Source of the DNA: Bacteriovoracia bacterium
GTDB taxonomy: Bacteria; Bdellovibrionota; Bacteriovoracia; Bacteriovoracales; Bacteriovoracaceae
Direction: 5' to 3'
Length of the DNA: 26,030 nt
NCBI GenBank assembly: GCA_046570105.1
Contig: JBKHVI010000042.1
Location: 1 to 26,030 of the forward strand
Position numbers and translations under genes: made by a program. The notes beneath the pieces were generated by a model, which saw only the letters and a list, made by a program, of their open reading frames with translations, had not been told where the DNA came from and did no database searches. Shown one piece after another: positions 1 to 7,815 of this stretch. Every line of letters begins with the position of its first letter. The first letter of the stretch is position 1.

Positions 1-906
1 GAGATGGACGCAAAGTCTGGACTCCTTCGTCGATACGATCCAACGACCATCATGGATATGGTGTCAGGACTCAGGCGCTGGACAAATGAGTGGCTGGAAA
101 TTCCTGGCGAGGAGTTGACTCGATTCCACGGAAGAGAGCTTCAAAAGAAAATGGAACTGGCCGGGATGAGTTCTAAAGGGCAACAGAAAGTACGAAGCAT
201 GGTAAATACTGTGTTCAATTATGGCCTAGAAGAAAAGTTTATCTCCAAACCAATTCCATCACCGATGGCGGGATTAATTTTTAATAGTGATGCTGAAAAA
301 GTCCCTGACATTCTAACCCTTGGAGAAATTAAACAGTTTCTTGAAAGAGGCAAAGAACTTCAGAATGAGTGGTATCCCATTTGGGCCATGGCGCTTCTGA
401 CAGGGATGAGAAACGGTGAGCTTTATGCGCTTGAATGGAGTGATGTGGATTTTGAAAATTCTCTCATTAGAGTTTCAAAGTCATATAATCCAAGGTTAAA
501 GATTGTTAAATCTACGAAGGCCGGTTACTGGCGAAATATTCCAATTTCAAGTCAGCTTAGGGAACTTTTAATTGAACTTCAGGCAAAGTCTGAAAATCAA
601 TTCGTGCTTCCACGTTTGAGTTGCTGGAATAAAGGTTTGCAAGCTCAGGAACTTCGAAAGTTTTTAAAAGGAATTGGCATCAGGCCTGTGAAGTTTCATG
701 CACTGAGGGCGTGCTTTGCAACACAATTACTTGCAAAAAATATCGCGCCGGCAATCGTGATGAAAATCTGTGGTTGGAAGAATCTAAAGACCATGGAATT
801 TTATGTCAGACTTGCGGGAGTGAGTGAGCAGGGAGCTACTGAGTGCTTAGAGATTTTGCCGACAGAAGTAGTAATGGAAAATGTAGTGAATTTATTCTCA
901 CATTAG
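1..906 (+). CDS. Tyrosine recombinase/phage-type integrase (probably 5'-truncated by the window edge; first ATG at 4)
   Basis: Catalytic motifs LLTGMRNGELYALEW (R), KSTKAG (K), FHALR (HxxR), ICGW (W at the second His position) and TMEFY (Y). The frame is open from base 1. Confidence 0.95.
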   Translation, partial: EMDAKSGLLRRYDPTTIMDMVSGLRRWTNEWLEIPGEELTRFHGRELQKKMELAGMSSKGQQKVRSMVNTVFNYGLEEKFISKPIPSPMAGLIFNSDAEKVPDILTLGEIKQFLERGKELQNEWYPIWAMALLTGMRNGELYALEWSDVDFENSLIRVSKSYNPRLKIVKSTKAGYWRNIPISSQLRELLIELQAKSENQFVLPRLSCWNKGLQAQELRKFLKGIGIRPVKFHALRACFATQLLAKNIAPAIVMKICGWKNLKTMEFYVRLAGVSEQGATECLEILPTEVVMENVVNLFSH

Positions 907-909
907 GAT

Positions 910-943
910 CAGGGGTACGGGAAACCGTGCCCCTGCTTTTTTT
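910..943 (+). terminator. Rho-independent terminator of the integrase
   Basis: CAGGGGTACGG-GAAA-CCGTGCCCCTG stem (one G-U pair) followed by C and T7. Confidence 0.9.
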
Positions 944-1007
944 GTGTCCAGAGATCTAACTTGCTGATAAGATTATATTATTACCCGACTAGGAATAATG
1001 TGTATGG

Positions 1008-1041
1008 TTGACGTAGGATCAAGAATTGATGTAACATCAAT
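1008..1041. promoter_or_regulatory. Tandem palindromic operators (TTGA-N7-TCAA x2) upstream of the TA operon
   Basis: TTGACGTAGGATCAA (1008-1022) and TTGATGTAACATCAA (1026-1040). The second extends to a perfect ATTGATGT-A-ACATCAAT and overlaps the ATG at 1040. The first begins with a -35-like TTGACG. Confidence 0.7.
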
Positions 1042-1315
1042 GTTAAGTTCAGGGCAGGCCAGGAAGGTTTTGTCTGAAATTTTTAATCAGAATCCCAATT
1101 TAATCTCCTTTTCTAAACACGCTTTAGAGGAGATGAAAAACGATAATTTAAAGACTGGTGATATTCTTAACGTGCTTAAAGCTGGGAAAATTTATGATGC
1201 ACCAGAATTTGAAAATGGAAGCTACCGCTACAGGATTCAAACTCAAAAAATCACAGTGGTAATTGCTTTTAGAAAACCTAATCATGTTGTCATTGTGACA
1301 GCTTGGAGAGAATAA
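1040..1315 (+). CDS. DUF4258-family protein, putative RelE/MqsR-like toxin (alternative start 998)
   Basis: Pattern FSKHALEEM...DILNVLKAGKI...YRYRI...VVIVTAW. Small basic protein ending 1 bp before an MqsA-like antitoxin. Confidence 0.8.
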   Translation: MLSSGQARKVLSEIFNQNPNLISFSKHALEEMKNDNLKTGDILNVLKAGKIYDAPEFENGSYRYRIQTQKITVVIAFRKPNHVVIVTAWRE

Positions 1316-1316
1316 A

Positions 1317-1814
1317 ATGAAATGTGTAATGTGCGGCTCCAAAATGACTGAGAATAAATCCGGACTTTTTTCTTATTCCAGCAGTGGTTTATCAAAGGTG
1401 TATTTGAAGGGAGTTCAGGTTCACAAATGTTCTAATAAAGAGTGCGGAGAAGAGGAAATTACAATTCCTAATATGGAAGAACTCCATGAGCTTTTAGCTG
1501 AAAATGTAGCGAAGCAAAATAATGTCCTTCAACCCGAGGAGATTCGTTTTCTAAGAACTCACCTGGGTTTCTCTGGAGCGGATTTTGCTAAAGTGATGGG
1601 TGTTAGTCCAGAAACAGTTTCTCGCTGGGAAAAAGGGACAGTAAATATGAAAGAGGCTTCTGAGCGGTTGCTTAGAGTGCTTGTCCTTTCAAAGCTTGGG
1701 CCTTTTAGAGAATACGAAGAGTTAAAAGTTTATGCTTCTAAAGCAAGCAAGACCTCAGTAAAAAGAGTCTTTGAATTAGAACGTTCTCATTGGCTAGAAG
1801 CGAAAGTCGCCTGA
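1317..1814 (+). CDS. MqsA/YgiT-family antitoxin (Zn-ribbon + XRE HTH)
   Basis: N-terminal CVMC...CSNKEC zinc ligands; HTH LQPEEIRFLRTHLGFSGADFAKVMGVSPETVSRWEKG. Confidence 0.88.
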   Translation: MKCVMCGSKMTENKSGLFSYSSSGLSKVYLKGVQVHKCSNKECGEEEITIPNMEELHELLAENVAKQNNVLQPEEIRFLRTHLGFSGADFAKVMGVSPETVSRWEKGTVNMKEASERLLRVLVLSKLGPFREYEELKVYASKASKTSVKRVFELERSHWLEAKVA

Positions 1815-1860
1815 TCTGGCTTACTCTGGCTTTTCAGTACACTAACTCATTAATAACTAA

Positions 1861-1888
1861 GGCGCATAAAAGTATGCGCCACTTTCCT
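1861..1888 (+). terminator. Hairpin, possible terminator after the TA operon
   Basis: GGCGCATA-AAAG-TATGCGCC perfect 8-bp stem with only a weak U-tract (ACTTTCCT). Confidence 0.5.
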
Positions 1889-2033
1889 TAATTCTTCGAG
1901 TTTTGTTTCATTTATAGAATATCCCTAACTGAACCCATTCTAATTCTATTCATCTTTTCTTGGTCGGCTTAAGTTTGCTTCCTTTTCAAGAGTCAGGCAC
2001 TCCCATCTTTTATTTACTGTGACTTAGCTCTTG

Positions 2034-2078
2034 TTGATATAAAAATCATTAATCGGTATAATGTAAACTAGGTTTACA
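2034..2078 (+). promoter_or_regulatory. Sigma70 promoter with overlapping palindromic operator
   Basis: TTGATA (2034-2039), 17 nt, TATAAT (2057-2062). TGTAAAC-TAG-GTTTACA (2062-2078) covers the predicted +1. Confidence 0.75.
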
Positions 2079-2112
2079 CCGATAAAAGGGTGTAGCTTGG
2101 CAGGGAGTGAAG

Positions 2113-2544
2113 ATGGAAACTAAAACAGTCATTAAGTATATCTATGAAGGACTCGGTTTCCCGGTTGAGCTACACCATGTCGTTTTGGTAAAAGTTGGTA
2201 AAGTTTGGGCCCCCAAGATCGATGTGAAAAAGGTCTCAAGCGACATACTTAAAGAGCTACCATTCCAAGCGACTCGTCTGACTGGAGCACAAATTCGCTT
2301 TATCCGTGAATATCTCGGAATGTCGCTTAGAGAATTTGCCACCAAAGTCGTTCATCAGTCTCACATGGCAGTCAGTAAGTGGGAGAAGTTTGATCAAAAA
2401 CCAACCAATATGGACGCGGCCACAGAGGTCATTCTGCGACTCTATGTTTTTCACGAGGTAATAGCAAAAAAACCGAATGTTGAAAAAAAGTTTATGAAAG
2501 CCTACGAAAAGATCAGTTCAATGCAGTTTGGGAAAATGCACTAA
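2113..2544 (+). CDS. XRE-HTH regulator, MqsA-like antitoxin paralogue lacking Zn cysteines (alternative GTG start 2107)
   Basis: LTGAQIRFIREYLGMSLREFA...SHMAVSKWEK HTH; collinear similarity to 1317-1814; GGAG RBS at 2104-2107. Confidence 0.85.
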   Translation: METKTVIKYIYEGLGFPVELHHVVLVKVGKVWAPKIDVKKVSSDILKELPFQATRLTGAQIRFIREYLGMSLREFATKVVHQSHMAVSKWEKFDQKPTNMDAATEVILRLYVFHEVIAKKPNVEKKFMKAYEKISSMQFGKMH

Positions 2545-2575
2545 AAGGCCAAAAGGTGAGTGACACCTTTTGGCC
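2543..2575. terminator. Terminator hairpin between convergent genes
   Basis: GGCCAAAAGGTG-AGTGA-CACCTTTTGGCC 12-bp stem. The upstream A4 gives a U-tail on the minus strand. Confidence 0.8.
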
Positions 2576-2583
2576 GAGAAGGA

Positions 2584-3039
2584 TTATTGGCAGATAACGG
2601 TATCGTTGATGGGATTACCCAAGGCTTGACCGGCGATCACTTGGCGAAGTTCGTTGCCGCTCTTTGAGATCGTAATCGTGAGTTGTGCCATTTCATTATT
2701 TTGAATCGATGTGCTGTTTTTCAAAACAAGTGTGTTGCCCTGGCAAGTTGCTTGAGTTGAAACCACGATCACCAGTCCTGACTCAGGATCAGTTTGAGAT
2801 TCTGTGCGCACTTTACCGTCAGCAATCACCGACATCGTGCTGCGCTCTTGAGTGTCTTCATCAGTTGAAGTCACAGAGAAAGTTGTGATGCGATTACGAA
2901 CTGATTGAGCAACAACGACATCACGTGAACCATCGCTTGCACCTGAACTTGAGCGACAGACGGTGTAGCTACCAGTTAGGTTCGGACACGCGAAAGCAGA
3001 CGTTGAAACAAGAGCGATAAGTGCGAGAGCAAAACGCAT
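2584..3039 (-). CDS. Secreted beta-rich hypothetical protein
   Basis: Sec signal MRFALALIALVSTSAFA; 4 Cys; S/T/V-rich strands; AGGAG RBS upstream. Confidence 0.85.
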   Translation of the reverse strand: MRFALALIALVSTSAFACPNLTGSYTVCRSSSGASDGSRDVVVAQSVRNRITTFSVTSTDEDTQERSTMSVIADGKVRTESQTDPESGLVIVVSTQATCQGNTLVLKNSTSIQNNEMAQLTITISKSGNELRQVIAGQALGNPINDTVICQ

Positions 3040-3084
3040 AGAAGTCTCCTTAATTTAAAAGAGAAATCTTTCCATCCTGTCCAA

Positions 3085-3840
3085 TCACTCGTCAATCTGG
3101 GATTGCTGATAAATTTTCGCCACCGGATATTCATCACCTAGCTCTTCAAGAGCGAGGTAGAGGGTGACCAGCATGACGCCTAAAAGCAAAAAATCGGTGG
3201 TGAGTTTGACTTTCTTCTCGAGCAAGAAGGCGAAGACGGCTTGGAAGGATTGCTGAAAACTCTTGAGGCGAAAGGCCATGGGTTCATCGAGAGCGCTGCC
3301 GAAATGAGCGCGGAAAAGTTGCGCCATTTTTTCTTTATCAGTGCTGCTCCAGTCATTTGCTGTCAGACCACTTCTTAAAAGGCCCTGCTGAAAGAGTTGA
3401 TCGTCTTGTCGGTAAAAGCCGGCATAGAGATCTTTAAGGCCCGTAACAAAATCCGCAGAGAATTCGCCCCACAGTGAGGTGGGGTTCCAGACGATTTGAT
3501 TTTCTTCCACACCAAATCCACTTAAGCGCAGATCGAGGAACATGGGACCCGGACGAGTGATTTGTTTGAAGTAAAGTTCGAGGATTTTTTCGCCCACCAT
3601 GTGGCGTGCCACTTCACCTGTCGGCATTTTGGGATTAATTTCTGTGAATTTAACGCCGTGAGGAAGAGAGGAGGAGAGTGTTTGGCGCGCTTCGTTAGCA
3701 CCGGAACCCGTTATAAGCCTTCCCGAGAGCAGAGTCGCATCTTTGGTGAGCGCACCCCATGACACCACATCAAAGAGCAGTGTTGGAACATGCTGTAACA
3801 AATCTTTAAAAGCGGCCGGAAGCCATGACATGAAGGGCAT
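3085..3840 (-). CDS. Hypothetical protein resembling a degenerate ABC1/UbiB atypical kinase C-lobe
   Basis: Long ORF. ILELYFKQI..PGPMFLDLRLSGF and TDFLLLGVMLVTLYLALEELG recall ABC1 segments, with catalytic motifs altered. Start is uncertain (3870/3840/3831). Confidence 0.7.
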   Translation of the reverse strand: MPFMSWLPAAFKDLLQHVPTLLFDVVSWGALTKDATLLSGRLITGSGANEARQTLSSSLPHGVKFTEINPKMPTGEVARHMVGEKILELYFKQITRPGPMFLDLRLSGFGVEENQIVWNPTSLWGEFSADFVTGLKDLYAGFYRQDDQLFQQGLLRSGLTANDWSSTDKEKMAQLFRAHFGSALDEPMAFRLKSFQQSFQAVFAFLLEKKVKLTTDFLLLGVMLVTLYLALEELGDEYPVAKIYQQSQIDE

Positions 3841-3879
3841 GCTGCTATTATCCTGTGTTCGATTCAACAAGGGAAGGAA

Positions 3880-5256
3880 ATGTCTCGTGTCCTTTTGGCG
3901 GGAGGCTCTGGTTTTATCGGCCAGGCGCTCTTAGAAAGATTGAAAGCGGATCCCACTTTTTCAGTGGTGGCCCTGTCGCGCCAAAAACCCGAAGTCGGTC
4001 ATGAGCGACTGGAGTGGAAACAGGGTGATTTGTTTTCGCTGAAGGATATCACTGAGGCCATGCGTGGCTGTGATCAGGTGGTTTATCTGGTTCATTCTAT
4101 GCTGCCTTCAGCTTCTTTAGTGCAGGGTACATTCTACGATATGGATTTAATTTTGGCGGATAATTTCGCCCGTGCCGCCAAAGCTTTAGGTGTTCAGCAT
4201 ATTTTGTATTTAGGGGGATTGCTGCCGGATAAAGGCATCAAGCTCTCTTGGCATTTGAAAAGTCGCTTGGAAGTCGAGAAATGTTTGCAAGGTGCTGCTC
4301 CGAAAGTGACGGTGCTTCGTGCGGGGATGGTGTTGGGCCGAGGTGGCTCATCGTTTGCGATTATGCGCCGACTTGTTCAGCGCTTGCCTGTCATGTTTTG
4401 CCCCAGTTGGACGTCGACTCGCTCTCAGCCGATTGATCTGAATGATTTAATGAAAGTCATGATGGCGACTTTGAAAGAAGATGAGTTGAAGGGACAAGTG
4501 TGGGATGTGGGTGGTCCGCATGTCATGACTTATCTCGAGATGATGAAAGTCACTGCGCGCGCTATGAAGAAAAAACCACTAATGGTTCCGGTGGGTGCGT
4601 TTAGTCCGAATTTTTCGCGCTTCTGGGTGACACTTGTAACGGGTGCTCCGCGCGCTTTAGTTTATCCACTCGTTTTGAGTTTAAGACACGCCATGATCGT
4701 GAGTCGCGATAAAATGTTTCCACGCCAAGAGTTGATGCAGACTTCATTTCAAGCCTCACTTTCTCACTGGGCAAGTTTAAGTGAAGGCGATGTCCATGCT
4801 TTTCACACGCCAGTGGTTTTGAAGGCGCCTAAGCATGTGCGCTCAGTTCAGCGCTTGGTGCTTCCGAAAGGCAAAACGGCCGAGTGGGTAGCGGAAGAAT
4901 ATTTTCTGTGGTTACCGCGCTTTTTTTCTTTTATTGTTCGCACAGAAGTCGTCGGAGTCACATGTCGGTTTTATTTTATTCATCCAAATATTACATTGCT
5001 GCTCTTAGAGAAGTCAGTGGAGCGCAGTCAGTCTGATCGTCAGTTGCTTTATATCAAGGGTGGACTGCTCGCTAGTAAACAAGACCGCGGGCGACTTGAG
5101 TTTCGCGAAGTTTTAGATAAAAAATATGTGCTCGCTGCCATTCATGATTTTAGGCCCGCGCTGCCTTGGATGGTGTATAAGTGGACACAGGCGATTGTTC
5201 ACTTGGCGGTGATGTATGCATTTGGGAATCATTTAAAGAAAGTTCAAAAAGGATAG
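3880..5256 (+). CDS. NAD(P)-binding atypical SDR / epimerase, YbjT-like, with extra C-terminal domain
   Basis: GGSGFIG Rossmann motif, VVYLVHSM, ILYLGGL, SWHLKSRLEVE, LRAGMVLGRGGSSF. Confidence 0.9.
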   Translation: MSRVLLAGGSGFIGQALLERLKADPTFSVVALSRQKPEVGHERLEWKQGDLFSLKDITEAMRGCDQVVYLVHSMLPSASLVQGTFYDMDLILADNFARAAKALGVQHILYLGGLLPDKGIKLSWHLKSRLEVEKCLQGAAPKVTVLRAGMVLGRGGSSFAIMRRLVQRLPVMFCPSWTSTRSQPIDLNDLMKVMMATLKEDELKGQVWDVGGPHVMTYLEMMKVTARAMKKKPLMVPVGAFSPNFSRFWVTLVTGAPRALVYPLVLSLRHAMIVSRDKMFPRQELMQTSFQASLSHWASLSEGDVHAFHTPVVLKAPKHVRSVQRLVLPKGKTAEWVAEEYFLWLPRFFSFIVRTEVVGVTCRFYFIHPNITLLLLEKSVERSQSDRQLLYIKGGLLASKQDRGRLEFREVLDKKYVLAAIHDFRPALPWMVYKWTQAIVHLAVMYAFGNHLKKVQKG

Positions 5257-5259
5257 AGT

Positions 5260-6321
5260 ATGGCCCGTATTGCAATTTTAGGTGCGACAGGATTTGTCGG
5301 AACCGCTCTAAGCTTGAAGTTATTGGATCAGGGACACCAAGTGGTGGCGTTGTCGCGAAAGCCTGAGAAATGGCCTCTCCAGCATAATAATCTAAGCACC
5401 GTGAAAGGTGAGATCACTGACGAGCGTGCCGTTACGCAAGTGTTGAGCGAAGTGGATAGTGCTTTTTATTTGGTCCATGGCCTGGCGGAAGATCAAGATG
5501 ATTTTGAATATATTGAGGCCAAAGGCGCGATGGTTTTTGTTAAGGCCGCGCAAAAAACTAAACTCAAAAAAGTTATTTATCTAGGCGGACTGGGACCTGA
5601 GGGCGATCTCTCGGCGCATTTACGCAGTCGTCATCTGGTCGGAGAAATTTTAGGTTTAATCCCAGGCGCGTGTTTAGAGTTCCGGGCCTCGATTGTTTTA
5701 GGTGCGCACTCGACAAGTTTTGAAATGATCAAAGCGCTCGCACAACGTTTACCGGTTCGTCCTTATGCTCCATGGCTCGAATCACCATGTCAGCCCATTG
5801 CTCTCACGGATTTGTTACAGTATTTGATCGCGGGCCTTGAGGCGCAAGTCTTGGGCCACACTGTGATTGAGATCGGTGCTCCTGATGTGCTTCCATATGG
5901 AGATTTACTCGATCTTGCAATTAAACTCGAAGAGCTTTCTCGTCCTAAGTTTTTACTTCCGCCAATGGATCAGCGTTTGTTATTACCGATGATTGATTTG
6001 GTGCTGCCGGAATTTAGTCATATTGGGAAAAAGCTCTTTTTATCATTGAGTCATTCGACAGTCGTGACTGATCGAAAAGCACTGGAGTTATTCCCAGATA
6101 TTAAACCTCTCGCGGTCGAAGAGGCGATGAAAGTGGCCTTTGCCGAGTCTTCAACATCTTACCCGGCGGTATGGGAAGGAGATTTCTGGAAAGAAGTGAA
6201 GGATCATACCCTCTTGCAAACTCGTCAAGGCCAAGAGACGCTTATTAAGAAGCTAAAACTTTTAAGTTCGGCCTACCCGGATAAATTCCTAGGAAGAAAA
6301 CTGTGGCGCAAAAAGAAGTAA
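5260..6321 (+). CDS. NAD(P)-binding atypical SDR, YbjT-like (paralogue of the upstream gene)
   Basis: GATGFVG, FYLVHGL, VIYLGGLG, SAHLRSRHLVG, FRASIVLG..STSFEM. Confidence 0.9.
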   Translation: MARIAILGATGFVGTALSLKLLDQGHQVVALSRKPEKWPLQHNNLSTVKGEITDERAVTQVLSEVDSAFYLVHGLAEDQDDFEYIEAKGAMVFVKAAQKTKLKKVIYLGGLGPEGDLSAHLRSRHLVGEILGLIPGACLEFRASIVLGAHSTSFEMIKALAQRLPVRPYAPWLESPCQPIALTDLLQYLIAGLEAQVLGHTVIEIGAPDVLPYGDLLDLAIKLEELSRPKFLLPPMDQRLLLPMIDLVLPEFSHIGKKLFLSLSHSTVVTDRKALELFPDIKPLAVEEAMKVAFAESSTSYPAVWEGDFWKEVKDHTLLQTRQGQETLIKKLKLLSSAYPDKFLGRKLWRKKK

Positions 6322-7115
6322 TCTACGACCCTCGTCCAATCGGATTATTTGATTCAGGTTTGGGTGGGCTCACGGTTTTAAAAAGTCTCACCGAGACGCT
6401 GCCTAATGAATCGTTTCTCTATGTCGGCGATGTCGCTCGATTGCCTTATGGCAATAAGTCTCCTGAAACCATTCGCAAATACGGTGAACAGATTCTGCGA
6501 TTTTTGATCGAGCGTGATGTGAAAATGCTGATCATCGCTTGTAATACCGCTTCAACGGTTTTTTTAGGTGAAAAGCAGTTCAACGGTCGTGCTTTGTTTA
6601 ATGTGATTGAACCAGGCTCTGAAGCAGCTATCTCTGCTACTCGTTCGAAAAAAATTGGTGTTATTGGCACCAGCACGACGGTGCAGGGCCAGGCCTATAC
6701 GCGCACCCTCAAAACACTTGATGCTTCTGTAAATACTCGTGAAGTCGCCTGTCCCTTGTTTGTGCCCTTGGCCGAAGAAGGCATGGCGGGTGATGAAGTG
6801 ACAAAGCTCATGGCCCAGCGTTATTTGAAAGATCTTAAAGATGTCGACACGCTCATCCTAGGTTGCACTCACTATCCCTTGTTGAAAGTAGATATCGCCC
6901 ATGTGACCGGCCCTGGTGTGACGTTGATTGAATCCGGCAAAGTGTTGGGTGAAAATCTCAAGGCCCACTTCGCTCTTCATGGCGGCAGCGCTCCTATGGG
7001 TGCAGAGTCAAAACTCACTATTTGTACTACAGATGTCACTGCGCACTTTTCTCGCTTGGCGCAAGTTCTAATGGCGCCTCGAACGTTTGGTGAACTTGAG
7101 AGAGTTGTTTTGTAA
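6303..7115 (+). CDS. murI: Glutamate racemase
   Basis: PIGLFDSGLGGLTV, PYGNKS, IACNTAS and LILGCTHYPLL catalytic Cys motifs. Confidence 0.97.
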   Translation: MAQKEVIYDPRPIGLFDSGLGGLTVLKSLTETLPNESFLYVGDVARLPYGNKSPETIRKYGEQILRFLIERDVKMLIIACNTASTVFLGEKQFNGRALFNVIEPGSEAAISATRSKKIGVIGTSTTVQGQAYTRTLKTLDASVNTREVACPLFVPLAEEGMAGDEVTKLMAQRYLKDLKDVDTLILGCTHYPLLKVDIAHVTGPGVTLIESGKVLGENLKAHFALHGGSAPMGAESKLTICTTDVTAHFSRLAQVLMAPRTFGELERVVL

Positions 7116-7276
7116 CTCAATTCACCCGTCTCATTCTGGCGCACGAAACTTTTTTAGATTCAAAATTCACTGCCAGAATGAATCAAAATGAAAAGGTAGA
7201 AAGCTTGAGGCGCTCTCAACTAATTCTATGATGAGAAGAGATACCTAGCTTCGAGCTTTACGGGTGAATTGAGTTA
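7113..7276. repeat. 164-bp element with perfect 17-bp terminal inverted repeats (MITE-like or structured RNA)
   Basis: TAACTCAATTCACCCGT (7113-7129) and ACGGGTGAATTGAGTTA (7260-7276), TA at both outer ends, internal hairpins. Confidence 0.7.
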
Positions 7277-7287
7277 AAACGAGTTCT

Positions 7288-7815
7288 CTAGATCTTATCA
7301 TCCCAAGCAAATTGCGGACGCAGATGAGATTCTTCCATGATGTGTTTCCAGCGACGCACAGAATGGATGCGCTTCCACAGGGGATGGCGTGGAGTGAGGG
7401 TGTCGCGAGCTATTTTTTTGCTCTTAGGTGAAGCATGGATGATTTTTTCATTATCTATCGAGTAGGCAACGTGTGAGATACCGCGGCGATAAGTGTTTTT
7501 GAAAAAGATCAAATCCCCGGTACGACGCTCTTCGATGGGCACTTCGACAAACCGTGGATCGAGCGCTTGCTCACGAGACGAGCGAGGAAGTTCAACACCA
7601 ATCAGCGTAAAAATTTTTTGAATGAATGAGGAGCAGTCTTCGGAACTAGGTTTGCGGGCCCCGAAAGCGTAAGGTGCACCTTCAAACATGGTGGCATAAT
7701 TGAGCATGCGCGCTTGATCTTCTGGCCACATCCACACCAGTTCATCCTTGGCCTGGACAAATGCGCTTAAGCATAACAGGCAAAGTGCCAGACTACTTTT
7801 TCTGAATTTTACCAT
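7288..7815 (-). CDS. NlpC/P60 (C40) cell-wall endopeptidase, secreted
   Basis: GAPYAFG..DCSSF, LPRSSREQ, GDLIFF, ISHVA, IIHAS (Cys-His-His); signal peptide. Confidence 0.93.
   Translation of the reverse strand: MVKFRKSSLALCLLCLSAFVQAKDELVWMWPEDQARMLNYATMFEGAPYAFGARKPSSEDCSSFIQKIFTLIGVELPRSSREQALDPRFVEVPIEERRTGDLIFFKNTYRRGISHVAYSIDNEKIIHASPKSKKIARDTLTPRHPLWKRIHSVRRWKHIMEESHLRPQFAWDDKI

Larger units (their letters stand above)
1..2544. mobile_element. End of an integrative/accessory island (integrase + TA + orphan antitoxin); boundaries unresolved
   Basis: Integrase plus TA genes, visibly more AT-rich over 1-2100 than the downstream housekeeping genes. No att site or tRNA identified. Confidence 0.5.

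Noticed and set aside
1815..2106. Toxin gene, tRNA or att site upstream of the orphan antitoxin
   Set aside because: No credible ORF in the frames checked, no tRNA cloverleaf or T-loop motif, and no direct repeat partner within the window.
7110..7280. Integron attC site (TAAC...GTTA ends, integrase in the window)
   Set aside because: The ends do not fit RYYYAAC/GTTRRRY (TTGTAAC, GTTAAAA), it is longer than typical attC sites, the flanks are housekeeping genes, and the integrase shows no IntI-specific insertion.
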